Assembly (NCBI GenBank): GCA_964486045.1
Contig: CAZALK010000004.1
Span: forward strand, 96,001 to 160,000
Origin: an uncultured archaeon
Lineage (GTDB): Archaea > Asgardarchaeota > Lokiarchaeia > Sigyniarchaeales > SOKP01
Reading direction: 5' to 3'
Length of the DNA: 64,000 nucleotides
Under the pieces are notes generated by a model. It had not been told where the DNA came from. It ran no database searches and saw only the letters and a program-made list of their open reading frames with translations. Below, piece by piece: positions 19,600 to 29,049 of the stretch. A program made the position numbers and the translations under genes. How positions within the stretch are numbered: the stretch's first letter is position 1; the number at the start of each line of letters is the position of its first letter.

Positions 19600-21012
19600 T
19601 CATTTCATAAGCTTAGCAATTAGCTCTGGAAGATTTTTTGGGGTACAAGCGAGAACATCTATACCCATTTGTTTCATTTCCCTTGCATAGCGACGATCAT
19701 ACATTGGCTGGCTATTATAACCGAGAGCCGCAATTCCTAAAATCTTTGTCTGACCTTCTAATACATGTTTTAATGCCTTGGTTAGATTATCATAACCTCC
19801 TCCTTCATAAAAATCGCTAATAATAACCATTATTGCTTTCTTAGGGTTTTTAATTAAAGATTGACCATATCGTACTGCTCTTGTAATATCAGTTCCACCT
19901 CCTAATTGAACAGACATTAACACATCAACGGGATCATCGATTTTACTTGAGAGATCAACAACTTGGGTGTCAAATATTAGGAGATTAGTATGAACAGATG
20001 GTAAAGTAGCAAAAATTGAAGCCATTACTATTGAATAGATAACTGAATCAGTCATAGATCCGCTCTCATCTATCATAACTACTATCTGCCAAGGTTTTTT
20101 CCTTCTTTCAGCGCTAAAAAAACGCGGTTCTGCCATTATTAATTTTTTTAAATTAGGATTATAGTGTTTCAGATTTCTCCGGATACTTTGTTTCCAGTCA
20201 ATATTTCTAAACACTTTAATAGGAGTATGTTTATCTCTTTTAATTGCTCCTACGATATGTCGTTCTACTTCTTGTTTAAATTTATTTTTTAAAGCATTTA
20301 CTACTTTTTTCACAATTTTTCGTGCAATATTTTTAACATTCTCTGGAAGCATGTGTTTCATACTGATAATAACTTTTACCATCTCAAGACTCGGTTCCAC
20401 CTTATCGAATAACTCCGGATTTTTAATGATATCTTTTAAATCAGATCGTTCCACAAAATCTTTTTCAAGTACTTCTTTAGTTTGTTTTGGAAAGAATTTT
20501 TTGACATTTTCTATCCATTTTGGGATTGAAAGTCTGCTTCCCTCTAAACCAGCACTTCTTTTTTGATTAGGAGGATGGTAAACGAAATTTAGCGTATTAT
20601 CGATTTTAGTTAAAGTACTCGCTTGTGGTGTATGTGGAGTTTGTTGACTATTTCTTTGAGAATCTGTTTTAGATTCAGATTCTTCTCTTCCTCCTCCTGG
20701 CTTTTTTTTTTGACCTGATTTGGCTTGACTAGAACCAATTTTACCCGATCTGCCTCCAGGTCGAGATTTTGCTTGTCTTTTATGAGCATTGTTTTTCTTC
20801 ACTCCCTTTCCAGGTTTAGATTGTCCTGCCTTTGAAATATTTTGGTTAGCTTGAGTATTCAGATTATTTTGACCAGCCATCCCCGGATTAGGAGAACTAA
20901 AATTTATGCCCTGCTCTTCAGATTTTTTACCTAAAATTAATCTCCATCTATTTAAAGCTGACCTTTTCTCTTCAGAGAGATTTTTTGCATCAAATATTTG
21001 ATCTGACGTCAA
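19600..21012 (-). CDS. VWA (CoxE-like) protein, YehP-like
   Basis: RWRLILG N-terminal motif, MIDAS DESGSM, QLGGGTDI and ISDFYEGG; TTG start at 21012 after GAGGT. Confidence 0.9.
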   Translation of the reverse strand: MTSDQIFDAKNLSEEKRSALNRWRLILGKKSEEQGINFSSPNPGMAGQNNLNTQANQNISKAGQSKPGKGVKKNNAHKRQAKSRPGGRSGKIGSSQAKSGQKKKPGGGREESESKTDSQRNSQQTPHTPQASTLTKIDNTLNFVYHPPNQKRSAGLEGSRLSIPKWIENVKKFFPKQTKEVLEKDFVERSDLKDIIKNPELFDKVEPSLEMVKVIISMKHMLPENVKNIARKIVKKVVNALKNKFKQEVERHIVGAIKRDKHTPIKVFRNIDWKQSIRRNLKHYNPNLKKLIMAEPRFFSAERRKKPWQIVVMIDESGSMTDSVIYSIVMASIFATLPSVHTNLLIFDTQVVDLSSKIDDPVDVLMSVQLGGGTDITRAVRYGQSLIKNPKKAIMVIISDFYEGGGYDNLTKALKHVLEGQTKILGIAALGYNSQPMYDRRYAREMKQMGIDVLACTPKNLPELIAKLMK

Positions 21013-21013
21013 T

Positions 21014-23491
21014 TTATACCTCACCAAACCAAGTTTCAAAAACATCCCTTACCTTTTTATCAATAGATTTAAAGAATATTAGGATTTCGTCATCTACATC
21101 ATCAAAAACTTCATTAATTTTGGATTCCTTTAAGCCATAATGCTCTGCGAGTTTTTCTATGAATATTTCATATTCCCTTTGTTGGAGTTCTGAAAAGGCT
21201 TTTCTTAAAGCAGGTACAATTGCAGTAAAGATATCCCACTCAAGATTTTCAACTACTTCTGCGAAGAGTTCAATTATTTCCTTATTAAATAAAATTTTAG
21301 CTTGACATACATAAATAATTCCCCGAATCAAATCTCCCACTTTTACTTGGATTGATTGAACACTATTCACATCATCAAGAACATTTCGTTTTATTTCATT
21401 AATGCTAAGTTTATTCATAAGATAAAGTATGCCTAAATTACCGCCTTTTATAAACTCATTTCGAGTGGAATCTATGCATGTTTTGATACTTTCTGTAAAA
21501 ACATATAGATCAAGGTCAAGTTCTGTTATTGAGTTAAAAGAATCCGCTAATTTCTTTATTGTTACAATGTATTTTTCCGCATCTTGCTGTGGTGGATTAG
21601 CAAAATTCGGAATAGCATAACAACACGTATAATAACAACGATTGATTAATTTGGTTATGAGTTCTATGATTTCTTTTCTCGCATCCATCATTAAAAGATA
21701 TTGATGGATCATAATCAAATTAAAAAATCCACCAGAAAGGCTTAAAAGTTGGTTATCTACACTTATAGAATTGTCACATTCGGTATATAGTTTTTCAAAC
21801 TGATCTGAAAACCCCATTAATAAACTTTGGAATAGTAGATTAGTTACTTTATTAAAATTTTTAATACTTTTTTTAGTCTCCTCAATTAGCATACTATTAC
21901 TTGCTTCTTCCACTGAAGCGCCAAAAGCGCTAAGTTCAACGAGTTTTGTATCAATTCTTGGAGTCCAATGTAATGCCCAGACTTCTGTAAATACTCCTGT
22001 TATCCCTTGCAAAACATCTGGACCAGAAACCCGCGCCAAATAATCTATTCCTAAAAATTTTATTCTCCAAAACAGTTGTGATGTTTCTATATCTTTTTCT
22101 TCGCGTAAACTCAAATGTATTTCTTGTGACCTTTCTTCAAGATCAATTCCACGCGATTCTAATTGAAGATAAAAATCCTCTTGGAGTGGTAATCTTCCTA
22201 TTTTTTTAGTTACTTTTCCTACCTTATATCCAATTGTTTTACTATATATATAATCTTCTAAATACTTTCCATCTATTTTTGGATTCCCTTTTATGAGTGA
22301 CATATAAATTGCATCAACAATATCTTTTAATCCTGGTTCTGAACGTCGTCTCAACATCGCGAGCATTTTTGCCCCATTATATGCATTTATAGAATCAGAA
22401 ATAGAAATAAGGTGGCCTCCTTGACGAGCACTTCTAAAAATGTCTGTAATAATCTCTAATGCAGTAGCTTCATAAGTTTTATGAACTTTGGAATTGAATT
22501 TTTCCCAAATATTATTATAAAATTGGGGTGCTTGGTTTCCAGAAAGATAACCTGACTTTTGGCTAATTCTGAAATAAGAGAATGGAATTAATGAATTAGT
22601 CATACCCTTAACAGGAAATGTGTAATTTTTCGCTGAAGTATCTGGAAGTGCGATTGAATGGATACCTCCAGTTATCACCAACACATCTCTTCTTTTAACT
22701 TTGTATTTATTTATATATTTTTCAATCTGATATTTCATGTAGGCTTCTCTCGCGAGTGTACCATCTATTTTGAGTAAGCTTTTGTCTAGTGTTTGACGTA
22801 TGCACGAGCAAAATAATAAGATACTTTCTCTTAACTGATTAATATTAGAATGAGGGGCATTAATTTCAAATAGAGTTTCCCATGTTTCATTAAAACTGTC
22901 AAATTCAAATACTTGTGCAAATTTTTGATAAAATTTGCTAATTGTATATACCATTTCTTTTTGAACAATAAAGGAATTTAAATCTTTTTTTTCATGAATT
23001 TCAGAAAAAAACGATAGTAATCCTGTCATAGGTAAATCAATAAAATGTGTTGGTATTTTCTTTTTTACACATTCAGTTAATGCAACCATTTCGGGGGAGT
23101 AAGAAACAAACGGATATAAAACTTCAAAACGAGCAGGTAGAGAAACATCTGGACTAAGAATTCCATTTAGACTAAATTTATTGTTAATATCTGAAAACAT
23201 CGAAAGGATGGCAATAGGCGGAATTGTATCTTTAGCAACCATAAATTGTATTAGTTTATCTGCAACCGTTGGACCTTCTATTAACACCAATTTAGGTTTA
23301 TGAACTTCTATCCATTTTTTTACTAGAAAACTAGAACCTGGTGAATGATGGCGAATTGGCAGATATTTAATTTCAGCTTTTTTTACTTTTTGAACCTGAT
23401 CGTCAATTAAATCAGTGTCTAATTGGAGTAAGTCTCCAATTTCATATAAAATGTTCTTTAAATTTGTTGCATTTAAGGTATTATTGCTCAT
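21014..23491 (-). CDS. DUF5682 / YehM-like protein
   Basis: PIRHHSPG, LVLIEGP, YSPE, AREAYM, VITGGIH and SGYxSG motifs. Confidence 0.85.
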   Translation of the reverse strand: MSNNTLNATNLKNILYEIGDLLQLDTDLIDDQVQKVKKAEIKYLPIRHHSPGSSFLVKKWIEVHKPKLVLIEGPTVADKLIQFMVAKDTIPPIAILSMFSDINNKFSLNGILSPDVSLPARFEVLYPFVSYSPEMVALTECVKKKIPTHFIDLPMTGLLSFFSEIHEKKDLNSFIVQKEMVYTISKFYQKFAQVFEFDSFNETWETLFEINAPHSNINQLRESILLFCSCIRQTLDKSLLKIDGTLAREAYMKYQIEKYINKYKVKRRDVLVITGGIHSIALPDTSAKNYTFPVKGMTNSLIPFSYFRISQKSGYLSGNQAPQFYNNIWEKFNSKVHKTYEATALEIITDIFRSARQGGHLISISDSINAYNGAKMLAMLRRRSEPGLKDIVDAIYMSLIKGNPKIDGKYLEDYIYSKTIGYKVGKVTKKIGRLPLQEDFYLQLESRGIDLEERSQEIHLSLREEKDIETSQLFWRIKFLGIDYLARVSGPDVLQGITGVFTEVWALHWTPRIDTKLVELSAFGASVEEASNSMLIEETKKSIKNFNKVTNLLFQSLLMGFSDQFEKLYTECDNSISVDNQLLSLSGGFFNLIMIHQYLLMMDARKEIIELITKLINRCYYTCCYAIPNFANPPQQDAEKYIVTIKKLADSFNSITELDLDLYVFTESIKTCIDSTRNEFIKGGNLGILYLMNKLSINEIKRNVLDDVNSVQSIQVKVGDLIRGIIYVCQAKILFNKEIIELFAEVVENLEWDIFTAIVPALRKAFSELQQREYEIFIEKLAEHYGLKESKINEVFDDVDDEILIFFKSIDKKVRDVFETWFGEV

Positions 23492-23515
23492 CTTATCGAA
23501 ATTGTCTGTATAATA

Positions 23516-24793
23516 TTATAAAAGTTTACGAAATGCACTATCGAACTCCCTCCATATAGGGGATTGGGAAGTTCGATTTCTTACTGCCATATTAAAATAC
23601 TCTCTTAACTTTGGGAGATTTTCTTTATCATCTTTAACAACAGCATCAATGATGTTCATAGCGATATGTTTTGGTTCCACTTTTGCTTTTCCGAAATATT
23701 TAGCATTGATAGCACTATCTACTAATAGTGAAATTTCTTCAGAAGTTGACATAACGGTGGAAATAGGAGTAAATCTGCCTCCTCTTGTACTTCTCCCTGT
23801 TCTCAATTCTTGGAAAACTGTAATTAATAAATCCAAGGTTTCATCTGGAATTTGGATTTTGAATCCTATTTTTGATAGTAAATCATCTGTACGTTGTATA
23901 ACAATTTTCTTTTCCAGATTTTTATCTTGAATTACTGGAATATAAATAAAATTAAATCGACGTTTTAGAGCAGCACTCATTTCGTTTACACCTCTATCTC
24001 TATCATTAGCAGAGGCTATTATATTAAAACCCGGGATTCCAAAGATTAAGTATTTAGAGCCCAGTTCTGGTACTGGTATAACCTTTTCAGAGAGGATAGA
24101 TATCATACTATCTTGAATTTCTTGTGGGCATCTAGTTAATTCTTCAAATCGGAGAATTTTCCCTTCTCTCATAGAATTGATTGTAGGGGAGGGGACAAGT
24201 GATTTCGGACTAGGCCCTTCTGAAACTAGTAACGCATAGTTCCACGAATACCTAATCTGATCTTCAGTAGTCCCCGCCGTCCCCTGTATTAAATATGTAC
24301 TTGTTCCACAAATTGCTGCTGAAAGATGCTCTGAAAGCCATGATTTAGCGGTACCTGGCTCCCCGATAAGCATTAAAGCTCTTTCGCTTGCTAAAGTGAC
24401 GATTGATTTTTGGATTATATTTCGATCCCCAAAAAATTTGGTGGATATCTTAATCTTTTTTTGTCCACCATTTTGTTTTAAGGGAAATTCTTCATCGGAA
24501 CCTGAAATAAACAATTCAACCATCTTCGGTGATAACTGCCAATTCGGAGGTTTAGGGTAAGTATCATTTTGTATCAATGCTAATAATTCTTCTTTATGTA
24601 AATCCTCTGCGGGAACCCGAATTTTTTGATCTTTAGTTTTAACCGCTTTTTTATCTTTCCCTAAAATAATGTCCTTAGTTTTTTTAATAATTTTCGCAGG
24701 AGTGTTTGGTTTTTTAGGAATGGTTTGTTTCTGAGGAGTTTTTTTTAATGGAGCTTTTTTTATAGGTGTTTTTTTCTTAGCCATAATTTTCAC
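23516..24793 (-). CDS. MoxR-family AAA+ ATPase, YehL subfamily
   Basis: PPNWQLSP, GEPGTAKSWLSEHL, QGTAGTTEDQIRYSWNYA, FEELTR and RDRGVNEMSAALKRRFNF; Lys/Pro-rich N-terminal extension. Confidence 0.93.
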   Translation of the reverse strand: MKIMAKKKTPIKKAPLKKTPQKQTIPKKPNTPAKIIKKTKDIILGKDKKAVKTKDQKIRVPAEDLHKEELLALIQNDTYPKPPNWQLSPKMVELFISGSDEEFPLKQNGGQKKIKISTKFFGDRNIIQKSIVTLASERALMLIGEPGTAKSWLSEHLSAAICGTSTYLIQGTAGTTEDQIRYSWNYALLVSEGPSPKSLVPSPTINSMREGKILRFEELTRCPQEIQDSMISILSEKVIPVPELGSKYLIFGIPGFNIIASANDRDRGVNEMSAALKRRFNFIYIPVIQDKNLEKKIVIQRTDDLLSKIGFKIQIPDETLDLLITVFQELRTGRSTRGGRFTPISTVMSTSEEISLLVDSAINAKYFGKAKVEPKHIAMNIIDAVVKDDKENLPKLREYFNMAVRNRTSQSPIWREFDSAFRKLL

Positions 24794-24799
24794 ATTATT

Positions 24800-25960
24800 T
24801 TATTTTGGTTTTACTTTATAAACTTGTTTTAAATATTCTCTATTATCAAGAGTATGAACTTGTGAAATAGATGGGAAATTTATATGATTATTATCTATAA
24901 TACTAAGAGGGAATAATCCAAGTTGCCCTCTCTCTAAAATTAATTTACAGAATAAACCATCTATTTTTGTAGATTTTTTGTAAAAGTCATCAAACTTAGT
25001 GATTAAATTTTTATTAATATCTTTTTCCGGAATTCGGACAAATAAAGGATATTTCTTTTCATGATCTAGCGGATATATATTCACAGGAGTCTTCTTTTTA
25101 TCTTCTCCTTCTTTATAACTTCCAATAACATGTGCCTGCTTTATATATATATAATCAAGGAAGCTTGCAGGCAGATCAAATGGAGTAATGTCATGGTCTT
25201 TCCTAAGCATTTTATATATCTCTCCTGAATCAAAATAAAACTTTTCCAGTTTTGATATAGAAAATACATCTTCAACTGACTCAGCTGTTTCTTCAACAAA
25301 TACCTTTGAATCGGGATTTTTTTCCAAGAATATATTTCCTTCCTTAATTGCAGTAGGAATATTTTCAGTTTCAAAATAAGTAGAAAGAATTTTTTCTATG
25401 GCACATGGTGGCTCGGAATTGGGTAAAGCAGTTTGGAATAAAACATCTGGATTAAAACCCTTTTTGTAAGGATACATCAAATTCCATTTAAGTATAGCTC
25501 CCCTAGTTTTTCCGAATAAAGACATGAAATAAAAAATTAACCCAATCATCGTTCCTTCTAAAACGATTTTCTCAATTCCCGTTACTCGTAATAAAAATCT
25601 ACTCATTATTTCTGTTTCTGATAATTTCCCCATCAACTTATCGAAAAATTCGACTTTCTTATTATTTTTTTGGGCTTCGATGAATGATATAAAAGCCCTA
25701 CTCTGCAACCAACAATTACTCAAGAAAAAGACATACCTTTCAATGTTAAATGCTGGACTATTATCTAAAAACCTTTTTAATTCTACGTGTAAATACCGAA
25801 GTGATGTTGCTAATCTGAATGATTCTAATTGTGATATGTTTTGTAAAAAGAATTCAATCTCTCTAATTCTTTCCTGGGTGACTAAATTTAACCCCTTATA
25901 TGTTAAATTTTCACAGTATTTTTTTATTTGTTCACAAACTTTCTCTAATTGGATTTTCAT
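24800..25960 (-). CDS. MoxR-operon-associated hypothetical protein (N-terminal helical bundle)
   Basis: 386-aa ORF tightly linked (6-8 nt gaps); LxxKGLxxVTQE...RLATSLR N-terminal motif. Confidence 0.75.
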   Translation of the reverse strand: MKIQLEKVCEQIKKYCENLTYKGLNLVTQERIREIEFFLQNISQLESFRLATSLRYLHVELKRFLDNSPAFNIERYVFFLSNCWLQSRAFISFIEAQKNNKKVEFFDKLMGKLSETEIMSRFLLRVTGIEKIVLEGTMIGLIFYFMSLFGKTRGAILKWNLMYPYKKGFNPDVLFQTALPNSEPPCAIEKILSTYFETENIPTAIKEGNIFLEKNPDSKVFVEETAESVEDVFSISKLEKFYFDSGEIYKMLRKDHDITPFDLPASFLDYIYIKQAHVIGSYKEGEDKKKTPVNIYPLDHEKKYPLFVRIPEKDINKNLITKFDDFYKKSTKIDGLFCKLILERGQLGLFPLSIIDNNHINFPSISQVHTLDNREYLKQVYKVKPK

Positions 25961-25968
25961 TGTGCTCT

Positions 25969-26328
25969 TTATTCTTTTTGTAAATCCTTTTTTACAATCT
26001 CAAGGGTCATTATCCTCTCAAACATTCTTATAATCGTAATTATATGCAATATATATATCGCCAAATCTTGTTTAAGGTCGTTCGTAACATTACCTTGTAA
26101 TAGTTGATCTATTTTTGCTATAAACGAAGTTAGTTTCTTGTTTAGGATATTCATGTGCATATTTTCTAAGTTATTCTTTAAATTGATTATTTTATTATAA
26201 TCTTCTTGACTTACGCTTTCTATTCCTTTAATTAATATTTCATTTAGATGAGGTTTAATTGAATCGAAAACGGAGAAAATTGCTTCTGCATTATTGTGTT
26301 CCATATAAATTGATCCTCTCTTAATCAA
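25969..26328 (-). CDS. MoxR-operon-associated small helical protein
   Basis: Overlaps or abuts its neighbours; LxxILIKGIESVSQE motif resembles the N-terminus of 24800-25960. Confidence 0.7.
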   Translation of the reverse strand: MIKRGSIYMEHNNAEAIFSVFDSIKPHLNEILIKGIESVSQEDYNKIINLKNNLENMHMNILNKKLTSFIAKIDQLLQGNVTNDLKQDLAIYILHIITIIRMFERIMTLEIVKKDLQKE

Positions 26329-26816
26329 AAAGCCATAAAATCTTCAGGTAAAATTTCAACAGGGCGCCATTCTATTTTTCCTTCAATTGCATTTTGATAT
26401 TTTAAAAATATTGCTGTTGCTTCTGGTTTTATGAATTTTGGTTTAAAATTAATCGTATTATTTACCCAACTGATTATTTCATTTACGGTTGCTTGTTTTG
26501 ATTTAACTGTAGCAATTAGCGCAAGTATAATATGTTTACAAATTTTACCTCTTAAACCACCACATGAATAGAGATTTTGGGTGCCACAGAAAAAAGTCCC
26601 ATCACTATTTAACGATACCGCATATTCTAATTTATCTGGATGCGTTTGAGATTTAATTACTGCTCTTAAGGCATTATCTGTTTTATCAACATAGAGGAGA
26701 TTTGACTCCTTTTTAAACATTCTAATTGCCTTATTAATTCGAGGTGGGATCTTTTCATCTCTTATTGACGACTTTAATTTATCCACAAATTTTAGTATAT
26801 CTTCGGATACACTCAT
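26325..26816 (-). CDS. SWIM-type zinc-finger protein (YehQ-like role), ending in EWRPVEILPEDFMAF
   Basis: VIKSQT..Y...L.SDG.FFCGTQNLYSCGGLRGKICKH (C..C..CxH); first gene of the operon. Confidence 0.8.
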   Translation of the reverse strand: MSVSEDILKFVDKLKSSIRDEKIPPRINKAIRMFKKESNLLYVDKTDNALRAVIKSQTHPDKLEYAVSLNSDGTFFCGTQNLYSCGGLRGKICKHIILALIATVKSKQATVNEIISWVNNTINFKPKFIKPEATAIFLKYQNAIEGKIEWRPVEILPEDFMAF

Positions 26817-27053
26817 TTGAAACTTCCTAGATTTTTGATAATTATTTTAATTTTACCAATTTAAACTATTAACTTTTATCCCAGTTTTAATTTATTATCA
26901 AAAACATATTATGGCCATTTCCAGAGGATTTAATAACGATTTAATTCTATTATTAAAAAATTCTTTATCTCAATTTCTTTAAATACATTAGATTTTAAAA
27001 TTTAATTATACATCAAAATTCTCAAAAGATGACAAAAATTAAATGGGGGAAAA

Positions 27054-28955
27054 ATGCCAGATAACCCAAATGATTTAGAAGATAGAATCAAATATTTGGT
27101 TAAAGAAATAGAACGCCACCGATATCTATATTATAACAAACAGCCAGAGATCTCCGATGCTAAATATGATTCTCTAGAAGATGAGTTAAGAGATATTGAT
27201 CCAAAGAATCCGATATTATTTAAAATTGGAGTTGATTATTCAGAGCTCTTTACTAAAAGGGAACACATAATACCAATGACTTCTCAAGATAAAGTTTCAA
27301 ATCCTCAAGATTTTATAGCTTGGGTGCGAAAAAGAAATATTAAAACATTTCTAGTTCAATTTAAACTTGATGGGATAAGCATTGAGCTTCAGTATGAAGA
27401 TGGTGATTTTAAACATGCAGTAACGCGCGGAGATGGAAAAATTGGGGATGATGTTAGTATCAATGTGATTAAAATGAAAGGTTTTATACCAAAGTTGATA
27501 AATCGGTTTACAGGGGCTGTTAGGGCAGAAATATTGTTGTTTCATGATATTTTTGATAAAAAATATGCTGATAAACAAAACTGTAGAAATGCTGCAGCAG
27601 GAATTGTAAGAAGGAAGGACGGTGTTGGTTGTAATGATTTAAATCTGATTTTTTATGACGCAATAAGTATAACAGATGATGTAGTTTTTACAAGTGAAGT
27701 AAAAAAACTGAAATGGCTAAAAGATCAAAATTTCCCTACTATAAAAACTAAAACAATTCATACACCTCAAGAGGTTATTAAAGTTCGGAAAGACGTAATT
27801 GATAACATCAGAAGCTCTTTGGAGTATGATATAGATGGACTTGTAATAAAAGGAAATGAAATTGACATCGAAGATATGCAGAGAACAAAACCTATGAAAC
27901 AGGTTGCGTTTAAATTTCAAGCTGAGGAAATAGAAACTAAATTGCTTGATGTAGAGTGGTCTATTAGTGGGCAAAATTACACCCCTGTGGCTATTGTAGA
28001 GACTGTTAAATTAGCCGGTTCTAATGTAAGTAGAGCAAGTTTAGCTAATCCTAATTTAATTGAGGAATTAGGAATAAAAATTGGTTCTGAGGTAGTGATA
28101 AGTAAAAGAGGGGACATAATTCCAAAAATTGAAAGAGTTGTTAAGAATTCCTCAGAAACAAGAGAAATTATAGTTCCAAAAATCTGTGAGGTGTGCGATA
28201 CTGAATTAGTTAATGAAGGTACTCGAATATTTTGTCCGAATGAAGCCTGTCCTAAGCGTGTATATTACCGTCTGGTTAGGTGGATTAAAAAATTAAATGT
28301 TAAACACTTCAGCGAAAAATTAATGTTAAAACCTTTATTTAAAAGCAGAAAAGTAAGAAAAATTGCTGATTTATACAAATTAAAAATAAGAGACCTCACT
28401 CTTTTTGAGGCTGTAAAAGAAACATCAGCAAAAAAAGCTTTAGATAATTTACTTGCTGTGAAAGAAGTTTCTTTAGCAAAATTTATAGGCGGCTTTGCTA
28501 TTGAAAATGTAGGAGAAGATTTAGCACAACGAATAGTAGATGCGGGATATAATACATTGGATAAAATTAGAAATTCATCTGTTCTTCAATTATCCCAGGT
28601 AGAAGGATTTGCGAGAAAAACGGCACAGCAATTACTTGAAGGAGTTATAAAAATCTATCCACTAATGAAGGAATTATTAGATACGAACAAAATAAAAATA
28701 CAAGAAACAAGCCAAAGTAAGAAATTTAACGGATTAAGTTTCTGTTTTACTGGAAAATTAAATACTATCAAGAGGACTAGAGCTGAACAGCTAGTTAAAG
28801 ATCTTGGGGGTCAACCAAAAAGTAGTGTTGTTAGTAATTTAACATATTTAGTAACAAATTCAACTGATCAATCAGCTAAATACTTGAAGGCACAAAATCA
28901 AGTTGGTACCAAAATTATTACAGAAGAGGAGTTCATTAAACTGATTAAAAGTTAA
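27054..28955 (+). CDS. ligA: NAD+-dependent DNA ligase
   Basis: YY...PEISDAKYD, KLDG adenylation motif, TRGDG, RNAAAG, DIDGLVIK, AFKF, GDIIP, C4 Zn finger and C-terminal BRCT (FCFTG). Confidence 0.96.
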   Translation: MPDNPNDLEDRIKYLVKEIERHRYLYYNKQPEISDAKYDSLEDELRDIDPKNPILFKIGVDYSELFTKREHIIPMTSQDKVSNPQDFIAWVRKRNIKTFLVQFKLDGISIELQYEDGDFKHAVTRGDGKIGDDVSINVIKMKGFIPKLINRFTGAVRAEILLFHDIFDKKYADKQNCRNAAAGIVRRKDGVGCNDLNLIFYDAISITDDVVFTSEVKKLKWLKDQNFPTIKTKTIHTPQEVIKVRKDVIDNIRSSLEYDIDGLVIKGNEIDIEDMQRTKPMKQVAFKFQAEEIETKLLDVEWSISGQNYTPVAIVETVKLAGSNVSRASLANPNLIEELGIKIGSEVVISKRGDIIPKIERVVKNSSETREIIVPKICEVCDTELVNEGTRIFCPNEACPKRVYYRLVRWIKKLNVKHFSEKLMLKPLFKSRKVRKIADLYKLKIRDLTLFEAVKETSAKKALDNLLAVKEVSLAKFIGGFAIENVGEDLAQRIVDAGYNTLDKIRNSSVLQLSQVEGFARKTAQQLLEGVIKIYPLMKELLDTNKIKIQETSQSKKFNGLSFCFTGKLNTIKRTRAEQLVKDLGGQPKSSVVSNLTYLVTNSTDQSAKYLKAQNQVGTKIITEEEFIKLIKS

Positions 28956-29049
28956 TGGATTTTCCTTTCATTTCTAATTTTAAAGCGATCTTTAAATATT
29001 TAAATTAGAGAATTAATCTTATAAATCTTCATCAAATATTAGAATAGTT

